The notes under the pieces were generated by a model, which did no database searches, was not told the origin of the DNA, and saw only the letters and a program-made list of their open reading frames with translations. From NCBI GenBank assembly GCA_045586685.1, contig JAZNAU010000039.1, positions 10,024 to 74,023 on the forward strand: DNA of 64,000 bases. The letters run 5' to 3'. The position numbers were made by a program, and so were the translations under genes. Shown here one piece after another: positions 11,660 to 22,574 of the stretch; the first letter of the stretch is position 1; each line of letters starts with the position of its first letter. The DNA comes from Clostridia bacterium. Its GTDB lineage: Bacteria; Bacillota; Clostridia; HGM11514.

Positions 11660-11692
11660 TTAGCTTGACATACTGTGATACAGGAGGAATAA

Positions 11693-13624
<1,932 letters not shown>

Positions 13625-13636
13625 CAGGAGTAAGCC

Positions 13637-16180
13637 ATGAAAAAATCAAATTTTGAAAATAATGATACCCACTTCGTAGAACATCTGGAAAACCAGACTA
13701 TTGTAGAAGTCGATATCGAAAAAAGAATGAAAGAAGCTTTTATTGATTACGCCATGTCCGTTATCATCAGCCGTGCACTTCCTGATGTGCGGGACGGTTT
13801 AAAGCCAGTTCACAGAAGAATTTTATATGCTATGTATGAAGAGCATCTGACAGCGGATAAACCCTTCTTTAAATCGGCTACCACTGTCGGTAATGTAATC
13901 GGTCGGTATCATCCTCACGGTGATGCTTCCGTTTACGATGCTCTGGTTCGTATGGCGCAGGATTTTTCCCTCCGTTATCCTTTGATAGACGGTCACGGAA
14001 ACTTTGGTTCTATTGACGGGGATCCTCCTGCTGCATACCGTTATACAGAAGCAAGAATGAGTAAAATTGCCAATGAATTGTTGGCAGATATCAATAAAGA
14101 TACGGTGAACTTTTCTCCCAACTTTGATGAAAAGCGAATAGAACCTACCGTTCTTCCTACCAGAATTCCTGTTTTGTTGGTAAATGGTTCTTCGGGTATT
14201 GCTGTTGGTATGGCAACCAATATTCCTTCTCATAATCTTCGGGAAGTGATTAACGGTGCCATTGCCCAGATGGAAAACCCTGAAATTACAGTGGATGAAT
14301 TGATGGAATATATTAAAGGTCCTGACTTCCCCACAAAAGCATCTATTATGGGCAGAACCGGTATCAGAAATGCCTATGAAACAGGTCGTGGCAGAATTAT
14401 TATCCGTGCAAAAACAGAAGTCATTGAAAATAAAGACGGCAGATATTCCATTGTGATTACCGAAATTCCTTATCAGCTGAAAAAGGTGGATTTGGTAAAA
14501 TCCATTGCTGATTTAGTAAAGGAAAAGCGGGTTGACGGTATTGCAGATATTCGTGATTTGTCCTCGAAACGTGTGGGATTAAAAATTATGATTGACCTGA
14601 AACGGGACGGTAATCCACAGATTGTGCTTAATCAGCTGTATAAGTTTACCCGTTTGCAGGATAGCTTTTCAATCAATATGCTTGCCATCGAGGATGGAAA
14701 GCCGAAAGTGTTGAGCTTAAAGCAAATTCTGCATAATTATATCAATTTCCAGAAAGAAATCGTTACCAGAAGAACGAAATATGATTTGAAAAAGGCAAAG
14801 GAACGGATGCACATTTTGGAAGGCTTGCGGATTGCCCTTGCCAATATTGATGAAGTCATTGAAATCATCAGAAGCTCTTATGATGATGCAAAAGAACGGT
14901 TGATGGAACGGTTTGGATTTTCTGATGTACAGGCACAAAGTGTTCTGGATATGCGTTTGGCACAGTTGCAACGCTTAAACGGTGAAAAGATAGAAGAAGA
15001 ATATAACGGACTTGTGGCATTAACCAAAGAATATCAGGAAATTCTGGATAATGAAGAACGATTGAAGGAAGTCATCAAGGAAGAACTAACTGCCATTGCG
15101 AATAAATACGGAGATGAACGACTGACCAGCATTGAAGCTGCTATTGATGACGTGGATTATGAAGACCTGATTGAAGAAAAAGAAAATGTATTTACGATTA
15201 CCCATTATGGTTATGTAAAACGTCTTCCTGTAGAAACCTACAGAAGCCAGAAACGCGGCGGTAAGGGTATCATGGGACTCAGTACCCGTGAAGAGGACTT
15301 TATCGAAAATATGTTTGTTGCTTCCACCCACGATTATATTCTGTTCTTTACCAATCGAGGCAGAATGTATCACTTAAAGGGATATCAGATTCCGGAAGCG
15401 GGGAGACAAGCAAAGGGCACACCTATTGTCAACTTGTTGCCCATTGAACAAGACGAAAAGATAACAGCAGGGATTCATGTTTCCAAGTTTGAAGAAGGGA
15501 AATTCCTGCTTATGGCAACCAAATATGGGGTTGTGAAGAAAACACCCTTGATTCAGTACGGTTCCTTAAGAAAAGGAGCGTTAAATGCCATTTCTCTTGA
15601 TGAAGGGGATGACCTGATTAAGGTAAAACTCACAGACGGAAATGATACCATGCTTCTTGGTACCAGTCACGGTATGGCAATCAAATTTAACGAAAAAGAT
15701 GTTCGTCCTATGGGAAGAACGGCACGTGGTGTTCGGGGTATCAGGTTAAAGGGAGATGATTTCTTAATCGGTATGACCACTGTATCAGAAGAGGGCACCC
15801 TGCTTGCTGTTACCGAAAATGGCTATGGTAAGAAAACCTCTTTTGAAGAATACCGTGACCAGAGCCGTGGCGGAATGGGTATTTCTACTTATAAGATTAC
15901 TGAGAAAACAGGAAATCTGATTGGGATTTCCAATGTAACAGAACAGGAAGATGTAATGCTGATTAACACAGAAGGAGTTATCATCCGTATGGCAGTTGCC
16001 TATATCAGTGAATACAAGCGTGCAACCCAAGGGGTTCGCCTGATTAAAATGGCGGATGGTGTTAAGGTTGTATCCCTGGCAATCACGGACCACGAGGAAG
16101 AGGAAGAGCAGGTGGTTGATAGTGTAACTCCTCCGGAAATTGCGGAAGAAAAGCAAGTACCGCCTGAGATTGAAGAATAA
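13637..16180 (+). CDS. gyrA: DNA gyrase subunit A
   Basis: [21 protein letters not shown], GyrA-box QKRGGKG. Confidence 0.97.
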   Translation: MKKSNFENNDTHFVEHLENQTIVEVDIEKRMKEAFIDYAMSVIISRALPDVRDGLKPVHRRILYAMYEEHLTADKPFFKSATTVGNVIGRYHPHGDASVYDALVRMAQDFSLRYPLIDGHGNFGSIDGDPPAAYRYTEARMSKIANELLADINKDTVNFSPNFDEKRIEPTVLPTRIPVLLVNGSSGIAVGMATNIPSHNLREVINGAIAQMENPEITVDELMEYIKGPDFPTKASIMGRTGIRNAYETGRGRIIIRAKTEVIENKDGRYSIVITEIPYQLKKVDLVKSIADLVKEKRVDGIADIRDLSSKRVGLKIMIDLKRDGNPQIVLNQLYKFTRLQDSFSINMLAIEDGKPKVLSLKQILHNYINFQKEIVTRRTKYDLKKAKERMHILEGLRIALANIDEVIEIIRSSYDDAKERLMERFGFSDVQAQSVLDMRLAQLQRLNGEKIEEEYNGLVALTKEYQEILDNEERLKEVIKEELTAIANKYGDERLTSIEAAIDDVDYEDLIEEKENVFTITHYGYVKRLPVETYRSQKRGGKGIMGLSTREEDFIENMFVASTHDYILFFTNRGRMYHLKGYQIPEAGRQAKGTPIVNLLPIEQDEKITAGIHVSKFEEGKFLLMATKYGVVKKTPLIQYGSLRKGALNAISLDEGDDLIKVKLTDGNDTMLLGTSHGMAIKFNEKDVRPMGRTARGVRGIRLKGDDFLIGMTTVSEEGTLLAVTENGYGKKTSFEEYRDQSRGGMGISTYKITEKTGNLIGISNVTEQEDVMLINTEGVIIRMAVAYISEYKRATQGVRLIKMADGVKVVSLAITDHEEEEEQVVDSVTPPEIAEEKQVPPEIEE

Positions 16181-16184
16181 TGAG

Positions 16185-16219
16185 AAAAAACCATCGGAAG
16201 ACGATTCCGATGGTTTTTT
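16185..16219 (+). terminator. Rho-independent terminator after gyrA
   Basis: AAAAAACCATCGGAA-loop-TTCCGATGGTTTTTT. Confidence 0.8.
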
Positions 16220-16269
16220 AATCATATAGAAAAGCAGAAAACCCCGAACACAAACGTGAACGGGGTTTT

Positions 16270-16346
<77 letters not shown>

Positions 16347-16421
16347 AAATAACTAACAAAAATTATTATACCACACATTTTCAAAAAAAGCAATCTTTTT
16401 TTTTAAAATATAGAAAAATTT

Positions 16422-17063
16422 TTATAGAATCCCTTTCCAAACCAATGCACTTAACACGCAGGTGGCTAATAACAGAATGGAAACCAGAAAAATTCCAATT
16501 TTATTATTCTTTGGTGCAGCGGCGGGTTCCAATAACTTTGTTTTCCGCAAAGCAGAAACAATGGGACGGTACAGAAGTAAAGTAATGGACATATTGAGTC
16601 CCCCTTTTAATAAGTTAAAGGGAAGAAAGACGGGCAATAACATTTTCGCAACGGATTCTCTGGGCATAATCAAATAAATGGGGGTAATCAGATAATTCCA
16701 TAACAGCATAATTCCTGTCATTGCAATAACACCAACGGTCAATCCCATGACTGCACCGGACAGGGTGTGTTTCCGTTTATAAATGGCAGCAGCCGTACAG
16801 GCAAAGGCACAGCTTGAAATCAGATTCATAATTCCGCCAATTAGTCCTGTGTCACTCACAGTAATCATTTCAACAAAAGCAACAACCAATGAAACCAAAA
16901 AGGAAACCAACGGGCCAAACAAAAACCCGCCCATGGTAATCAGAACATCCTTTGGTTCATATTTTAAAAATGAAACAATGGGAATCCGACATACCAGCAT
17001 TGCCACATACGACATGGCACAAAGCATTGCCACCGTTGTTAATTTTTTTGTTTTTGAATTCAT
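16422..17063 (-). CDS. ribU: ECF transporter S component, riboflavin (RibU-like)
   Basis: Hydrophobic S-component (FLKYEPKD, PFNLLKG) located under an FMN riboswitch. Confidence 0.85.
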   Translation of the reverse strand: MNSKTKKLTTVAMLCAMSYVAMLVCRIPIVSFLKYEPKDVLITMGGFLFGPLVSFLVSLVVAFVEMITVSDTGLIGGIMNLISSCAFACTAAAIYKRKHTLSGAVMGLTVGVIAMTGIMLLWNYLITPIYLIMPRESVAKMLLPVFLPFNLLKGGLNMSITLLLYRPIVSALRKTKLLEPAAAPKNNKIGIFLVSILLLATCVLSALVWKGIL

Positions 17064-17091
17064 AAAGTTTTTCCCCTTTCATTATACAATC

Positions 17092-17122
17092 AAAAACACC
17101 TGAATGGCAGGTCATTCAGGTG
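17092..17122 (-). terminator. Expression-platform terminator of the FMN riboswitch
   Basis: Minus strand CACCTGAATG-loop-CATTCAGGTG-TTTTT between the aptamer and ribU. Confidence 0.8.
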
Positions 17123-17142
17123 CAGTAAGGCAAAGTGTTGCC

Positions 17143-17252
17143 ATCTTCTTTCATCCAGACTATACTGTCGGTTTTGGAATTACACCAAATCATGCATACA
17201 TGCTTGCGGACTATACCGCCGATCGGGAATTTCACCCTGCCCTGAAGACATT
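17143..17252 (-). ncRNA. FMN riboswitch (RFN element)
   Basis: Minus strand TCTTCAGGGCAGGGTGAAATTCCCGATCGGCGGTATAGTCCGC...GGTGTAATTCC...CCGACAGTATAGTCTGGATGAAAGAAGA; preceded by TTGACA(17300-17295)-17bp-TATAAT. Confidence 0.96.
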
Positions 17253-17431
17253 GTATTCAACTGTTAGTATCATTATACCAAAATAGTTATCCCTTGTCAA
17301 GGTTTGTAAAATTGTAATGAAATTGCAATTATCTTGTAATAACGACGTAATATGACAGGCTTCTTTCCCCTTCTTATGTTACAGACATATTACGACAATG
17401 GAAAAAAATGTAAAAAACTTTTAAAAAACAC

Positions 17432-17460
17432 TTGCAATAATTTCCAATATATGGTATAAT
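17432..17460 (+). promoter_or_regulatory. sigmaA-type promoter of spo0A
   Basis: TTGCAA-17bp-TATAAT with extended -10 TG. Confidence 0.65.
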
Positions 17461-17493
17461 ATGGAATATAATAACAGGAAAAGGAGTATTATT

Positions 17494-18261
17494 ATGGAGA
17501 AACTTAAGATTTTTATGGCGGATGACAGTGTGGAATTTTGTGAAAATGTAAGTGATATGGTCAATCAGCAAGCTAGTATGGAAATGGTTGGTGTTGCTTA
17601 CAACGGGGAAGAAGCGTATGACAAAATTTGTTGTTTAAATCCTGATGTGGTATTGTTGGACAACTGTATGCCTTATATGGACGGGCTGGATGTTGTAAAA
17701 AAGATTCAGGATAACAAGGATTTGCTTCCAAAGGTTCCCGTTTTCATTATGCTCACCGCCATGAGTCGGGAAAAAACAATGCAGACAGCCATGCGATTGG
17801 GAGTGGACTATTATTTGGTAAAGCCTATCGATTTAAACATTTTAATGGAACGGATTCAGCAATTTTCCGGAACAGACCGATTGTTTATGCCTACGGCTTC
17901 CTTGCCGGTAACAGAAGATCTGGAAACCAGAGTCACAAAAATCATGCACGAGGTTGCCATTCCGGCACACATCAAGGGATACCAATATTTAAGAGAAGCC
18001 ATACTGTTGGTGATAGACGATGTAGATTTACTAAATGCCATTACCAAACAGCTATATCCCATGGTTGCAAAGAAATTTGCTACTACCCATTCCAGAGTGG
18101 AGCGTGCCATTCGTCATGCAATTGAGGTGGCATGGGACAGAGGGGACCCTGATGTTCTTTCCTCTTATTTTGGCTATACCATTCATACCAATCGCGGGAA
18201 GCCTACCAATTCCGAATTTATTGCCATGATTTCGGATAAAATTCGCTTGGCAATGAAGTAG
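17494..18261 (+). CDS. spo0A: Sporulation master regulator Spo0A
   Basis: Receiver domain plus Spo0A_C ([38 protein letters not shown]); start at 17494 after AAGGAG. Confidence 0.96.
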   Translation: MEKLKIFMADDSVEFCENVSDMVNQQASMEMVGVAYNGEEAYDKICCLNPDVVLLDNCMPYMDGLDVVKKIQDNKDLLPKVPVFIMLTAMSREKTMQTAMRLGVDYYLVKPIDLNILMERIQQFSGTDRLFMPTASLPVTEDLETRVTKIMHEVAIPAHIKGYQYLREAILLVIDDVDLLNAITKQLYPMVAKKFATTHSRVERAIRHAIEVAWDRGDPDVLSSYFGYTIHTNRGKPTNSEFIAMISDKIRLAMK

Positions 18262-18264
18262 TAT

Positions 18265-18444
18265 AGAAAAGCCTATCCTCCGAACAGTGAAACTTAAGCT
18301 GCAAGCACGGACGAGAAACCAAGAAAACACGTATTGTGTTTTCTGTTTCGAGTTCAGCGGAGTTGCTTAAGTGAGCGACCGAGAGGGGGTGGAGGCTGGA
18401 CAGAGAAAAGCCTATGCCTCGAGCAACGAAACGTAAGCCGAAAG
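18265..18444. repeat. Long imperfect palindrome plus partial direct copy (REP/MITE-like element)
   Basis: Nested arms AGCCT/AGGCT, ACTTAAGC/GCTTAAGT, AGAAAACAC/GTGTTTTCT. The 41-bp left end (18265-18305) recurs at 18404-18444 and 59154-59194. Confidence 0.65.
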
Positions 18445-18447
18445 TGC

Positions 18448-18487
18448 AAAAAAACCGTTGGACAATAATAAACTCCGACGGTTTTTT
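18448..18487 (+). terminator. Terminator downstream of spo0A
   Basis: AAAAAACCGTTGGA-loop-TCCGACGGTTTTTT. Confidence 0.75.
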
Positions 18488-18673
18488 CTTGTAAAATAAG
18501 AAATAAATTGAAAAAGAAAAAGGAATATGATATAATGATTTTGCAAAGCAAACTTAATAAATTGCCTTGCGGCGTAAATTGAAATCGAAGATTTCATGAA
18601 TTGTACTAAAGTGCATTGAAAGGCAATTTATGGAGCAATAGAGCACCTTACTTAAGTACATAGGAGAAAGTGT

Positions 18674-19876
18674 ATGAATACAGTAAAAAACAGAATGGTG
18701 GGTCCGGATATTATAAAAAGTATGGCGGCAGTTCTTGTCATTTTTACCCACCACAAAAGTCAAAGCAGTCCGGATTTTTATTTAAAATACGGCTTGTTGG
18801 TTTTTTTCTTTTTGTTTATCGCTATAGGGTTGTCGGCGGGCATTGTCCGATATGGAAAGAAAAAGCAATGGAGCGAAAAAATGCTTTATTGGGCAAAGAG
18901 GGCACCCTATCTTTTGGTGGCATCTCTTTTTCTGCTTTATAAATTTTCGGTCTCCTTTTTCCTGATGATTTCAGGATTTATGCTGACCTTTTCCATAGAA
19001 AGAATGGAACATCCTCTGAGGGAATGGTATCGTCCTCATCAGTTGCTTCCCCGAATTCTTCGTTTTTACCTTCCTTTTATTCCAATTTTACTTGCCGGAC
19101 TTTTCATTCATATCGTTTTGCAAGAAAAGACCTATGATACCACCGGCATTCTGAAACGAATTTTTCTGGGGGGATTTGCACCGGGGAGCTATTACATAGT
19201 GGTCATGGTACAATTTATGTTTCTGTTTCCTCTTTTGTATCTGATTGTAAAACGGTGGAGGGGAAAGGGCATTTGCTTTCTGTTGTTGATGACCCTCATT
19301 TGGGACCTTTTTGCCACCTGTTGGGTTCCCATTTCTGTCAATAGCTATAAATTCTGTGCGTTTCGGTTAATTCCTCAGGTTTCTTTGGGGATTTATGCAA
19401 GGTTGACGGATTTACAAAAACACCCTTCCTTACATTGGGAGATGCTAATTATAGGATTTCTTTGCTATTTTATGTTTGACTTTTTTCCGTTAAAACACCT
19501 GTCCTTGTTTTACCAATGGCCTTGCGCCAACTTATTTGTTGCATTATTTTTATATCCGTTTTTGGTATGGACGCTTTCTGCATTTCAAAAGGTTTCTTAT
19601 ACAGATTCTAAAATCAGTTACAGTATCATCACCTTTTCCAATGCAACCTACCATATTTTTTTGGTACAAATGCTGTTGTATAACGTGATTTTGTATGCAT
19701 GGAACGAACAGGTCAATAATATTTTTCTTACCATGCCTGTCAATCTTTTCATTTGTATTACGGGAGGTCTCCTTTACTATCGGTGGCTTAGCCCTGTGGA
19801 ACACAAGATGTTAAAGGGGTTAAAATCCCGCTTGATGCCCCAAAAACGAAAAAGCAGAGAAAAGCAGATTTCCTGA
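18674..19876 (+). CDS. Acyltransferase family 3 (OafA-like) integral membrane protein
   Basis: R..PDIIK..A..LVIFTH, FFLMISGF, RILRFYLPF, SNATYHIFLVQ; multiple TM segments. Confidence 0.8.
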   Translation: MNTVKNRMVGPDIIKSMAAVLVIFTHHKSQSSPDFYLKYGLLVFFFLFIAIGLSAGIVRYGKKKQWSEKMLYWAKRAPYLLVASLFLLYKFSVSFFLMISGFMLTFSIERMEHPLREWYRPHQLLPRILRFYLPFIPILLAGLFIHIVLQEKTYDTTGILKRIFLGGFAPGSYYIVVMVQFMFLFPLLYLIVKRWRGKGICFLLLMTLIWDLFATCWVPISVNSYKFCAFRLIPQVSLGIYARLTDLQKHPSLHWEMLIIGFLCYFMFDFFPLKHLSLFYQWPCANLFVALFLYPFLVWTLSAFQKVSYTDSKISYSIITFSNATYHIFLVQMLLYNVILYAWNEQVNNIFLTMPVNLFICITGGLLYYRWLSPVEHKMLKGLKSRLMPQKRKSREKQIS

Positions 19877-19890
19877 CCGTAAAAAATGTT

Positions 19891-20124
19891 TTATAAGGAT
19901 ATCTTGTTAATCTTTTTAATGCAATCACGGCATATCATTTTTTCCTCAAGAGAAATTAAATCATCCTCAGTTTCGCAGAAGATGCAAGTGGGATATGCTT
20001 TTTTAATCATTAGAGTATTCATTTGTAAACTGACATCCAATTCATCTCCGGCTTGTATATTCATTTTCCGCCTGTATTTGACAGGTATGACAAAACGCCC
20101 TAAGGAATCAAGTTCATTTTTCAT
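19891..20124 (-). CDS. AbrB/MazE/SpoVT family DNA-binding protein with C-terminal CxxC...CxxC
   Basis: MKNELDSLGRFVIPVKYRRKMNIQAGDELDV...PTCIFC...ICRDC; start at 20124 after GGAGG. Confidence 0.88.
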   Translation of the reverse strand: MKNELDSLGRFVIPVKYRRKMNIQAGDELDVSLQMNTLMIKKAYPTCIFCETEDDLISLEEKMICRDCIKKINKISL

Positions 20125-20141
20125 AATTTTTTTCCTCCAAA

Positions 20142-20307
20142 TAAAAAATGTGTGGCAATCAACGAAAGCCACACATGAAAAATGTACGTCTCTCGTTATT
20201 GTCACACAACTCAAATATTTCACCATTACACGCAATGAAATAAAACGTACATTTTTACCAAAAGAAAAAATTACGCATAATGGATTTCTATATCGAATTG
20301 TGTGACA
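20142..20307 (-). ncRNA. Putative structured RNA / leader, copy 1 (~165 nt)
   Basis: TTTACA-17bp-TATAAT promoter (20341-20313); outer stem 20295-20307/20200-20212; inner stem 20270-20283/20223-20236 with G-U pairs; terminator 20176-20139. Confidence 0.6.
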
Positions 20308-20341
20308 TAATGATTATATCACAAAAAATTTGATTTGTAAA

Positions 20342-20512
20342 TAAAAAATGTGTGGCAATCAACGAAAGCCACACATAAAAAACGCATAGCTCTCAATTAT
20401 TGTCACATAATTTAATACACTATTATCACAAAGCGTATCCAAAAAAGAGCTTGCATTTTTATCAAAAAAATGCCGCTTTGCGATAACATTTTTATAATTA
20501 AATTATGTGACA
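20342..20512 (-). ncRNA. Putative structured RNA / leader, copy 2 (~170 nt)
   Basis: TTTACA-17bp-TATAAT promoter (20546-20518); 16-bp outer stem 20497-20512/20401-20416; inner stem 20474-20486/20423-20435; terminator 20376-20339. Confidence 0.6.
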
Positions 20513-20600
20513 TTTTGATTATATCACAAAAATTTTTATTTGTAAATACAAAAATAATAAAAATGGAAAAATTTACATGGCACTTGTTTATACTCCGTTG

Positions 20601-20634
20601 AAAAAACTCCCCCGATGGTTCGGAGGAGTTTTTT
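20601..20634 (-). terminator. Terminator after fucI
   Basis: AAAAAACTCC..CCGA-TGGT-TCGG..GGAGTTTTTT hairpin. Confidence 0.7.
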
Positions 20635-20650
20635 GTGATAAGAACAAATA

Positions 20651-22459
20651 TTATTTGTAGAGAGGTCCATAGGTCTGGCAAGCTCTGTAGTCCTGTCCTT
20701 CCTTGTCCATACCAAACGCATTCCATGCAGCGGGTCTGAAGATGTTGTCTTCGGGAACGTTGTGCATGCAAACGGGGATTCTCAAGATAGAGCACAGGGT
20801 AATCAGGTCGGCACCGATATGACCGTAGGAAATAGCACCGTGGTTCGCACCCCAGTTATTCATTACATCATAAGCGGTCTTGAAGGGAGAGCCTTCTTTC
20901 CCGTCACATCTGGGAGCAAACCATGTGCAAGGCCAGGTGTAGTCGGTACGAGCCCAGATTTTATCAGAAACTTCATCAGGCAGTTCAATGGTCCAGCCTT
21001 CCGCAATTTGCAGAACAGGACCGATTCCCTTTACTAAGTTTAATCTCATCATGGTAGCGGGCATTTCTGCACGGGTTAAGAATCTGGAAGAGAAACCGCC
21101 TCCTCTGAAGTATCCCAAATCTGCCATATTCCAAGTGGTAGCAGCCATTACCTTGTCCTGATCCTCTTGGGTCATTTCATACCAAGGCTTCATGATGCCG
21201 TTTCCATTTTCATCTTTTACTTCACCGCAAGCATCCAGACAGCAAGCACCGGAGTTAATCAGATGAATAAAGCCGTCTGCATCCTTTGCCTTGCCTTTGA
21301 TTTTATAGCCGGTGGCTTTCTTTACCGCATCACCGCTCCAGTAAGTTCTTACATCAGCAAACATCTGAGGTCTGTTGGTTAAGAGCTTACCGAACAGCAT
21401 ACAAAAGCTGTTTAATACGTCATTTTCTGTTGCCAGAATGTAAGGTTCTCTTGCACCGTTCCAGTCAAAAGAAGTGTTGAGCATTGCTTCGGGGAAGTCA
21501 CAGTTGGGATAAAAGTCTGTCCACTGTCTCTGACCCTGGAAGCCTGCTGCAATGGCGTTGTGACCCACTCTTTCTTCTTCACAGCCTTCAGGCAGATTTT
21601 CATTTCCGTTTATCAAATCCTTGATGATACAAGCCATTTTTACAACAAATGCAAACTGCTCTTCTTTTTCTGCATCGGATTTCTGCATATCAACAGGGTT
21701 TTTATCAAAGCCCATGTTGCATTTTTCTTTTGCCCAAGCAAGAGCTTTCTGATATTCTGCTTCGTCATAGATGCCCTCTGACATTCTTCTGATGACTTCT
21801 ACCTCGTCAACAGATTCCACTCTCATACCGAAATAATCTTCGATGAAAGCAGTGTCAATAATAGAACCGCCGATACCCATGCAGATAGAACCAATCTGTA
21901 AGTAAGATTTTCCTCTCATGGTGGCAGCTGCAACAGCCGCACGGCCAAACCGTAACAGCTTTTCTTCCACATCTGCGGGAATCTGACCGCACTCATCAAT
22001 ATTCTGAACGTCATGTCCGTAAATACCAAATGCAGGCAATCCTTTCTGTGCATGAGAAGCCAAAACGGCTGCTAAGTAAACCGCACCGGGACGTTCTGTT
22101 CCGTTAAAGCCCCAAACCCCTTTGATGGTGTTCTTGTCCATATCCATGGTTTCAGAACCGTAGCACCAGCAAGGAGTAACGGTCAGGGTAATGTCAACCC
22201 CTTCTTTTTTAAATTTATCAGCACAAGCAGCAGCTTCTGCAACACGGCCGATGGTGGTGTCTGCAATAACAACCTTAACAGGTTCGCCGTTGGAGTATTT
22301 CAAGTTTTCCTCAAACAGTTTTGCGGCAGCTTTTGCCATTCCCATTGTTTGATCCTCCAAGGATTCTCTTACCTTCAGGGGACCTCTTCTTCCGTCAATG
22401 GTAGGACGGATTCCGATTACCGGATAATCTCCGATCAATCTGCTCTTTGCCATTTTCAT
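20651..22459 (-). CDS. fucI: L-fucose isomerase
   Basis: [44 protein letters not shown]. Confidence 0.96.
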   Translation of the reverse strand: MKMAKSRLIGDYPVIGIRPTIDGRRGPLKVRESLEDQTMGMAKAAAKLFEENLKYSNGEPVKVVIADTTIGRVAEAAACADKFKKEGVDITLTVTPCWCYGSETMDMDKNTIKGVWGFNGTERPGAVYLAAVLASHAQKGLPAFGIYGHDVQNIDECGQIPADVEEKLLRFGRAAVAAATMRGKSYLQIGSICMGIGGSIIDTAFIEDYFGMRVESVDEVEVIRRMSEGIYDEAEYQKALAWAKEKCNMGFDKNPVDMQKSDAEKEEQFAFVVKMACIIKDLINGNENLPEGCEEERVGHNAIAAGFQGQRQWTDFYPNCDFPEAMLNTSFDWNGAREPYILATENDVLNSFCMLFGKLLTNRPQMFADVRTYWSGDAVKKATGYKIKGKAKDADGFIHLINSGACCLDACGEVKDENGNGIMKPWYEMTQEDQDKVMAATTWNMADLGYFRGGGFSSRFLTRAEMPATMMRLNLVKGIGPVLQIAEGWTIELPDEVSDKIWARTDYTWPCTWFAPRCDGKEGSPFKTAYDVMNNWGANHGAISYGHIGADLITLCSILRIPVCMHNVPEDNIFRPAAWNAFGMDKEGQDYRACQTYGPLYK

Positions 22460-22574
22460 TTCCTCCTTATTGATAAAAATTTTCTTTATAATATCATTAT
22501 ATACTTGACTTTTATGGAATACTTGGAGTATAATAGTAAAAAAGTATAATTATATTCACTTTTTGGAGGAGAGC

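Larger units (their letters stand above)
20139..20548 (-). repeat. Two tandem ~200-bp units, each promoter + structured RNA + terminator
   Basis: 38-bp identical block at 20139-20176 and 20339-20376; conserved promoter block at 20311-20343 and 20516-20548; diverged but self-complementary interiors. Confidence 0.9.

Noticed and set aside
17104-17286. 60-aa ORF
   Set aside because: It is antisense to the FMN riboswitch.
20125-20235. N-terminal extension of the AbrB-like ORF in the ORF track
   Set aside because: It runs through the terminator hairpin; the GGAGG RBS supports ATG 20124.
20412-20513. 33-aa hydrophobic peptide (MSHNLIIKMLSQSGIFLIKMQALFWIRFVIIVY) in copy 2 as a type I toxin
   Set aside because: It has no RBS, the ATG is only 4 nt from the -10, and the equivalent frame in copy 1 stops after 6 codons. 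It is not excluded but is unsupported.
20139-20548. CRISPR array or type III toxin-antitoxin repeat interpretation of the tandem units
   Set aside because: There are only two copies with ~160-bp interiors. The identical block is a terminator, each unit has its own promoter, and no cas or ToxN-like gene is nearby.
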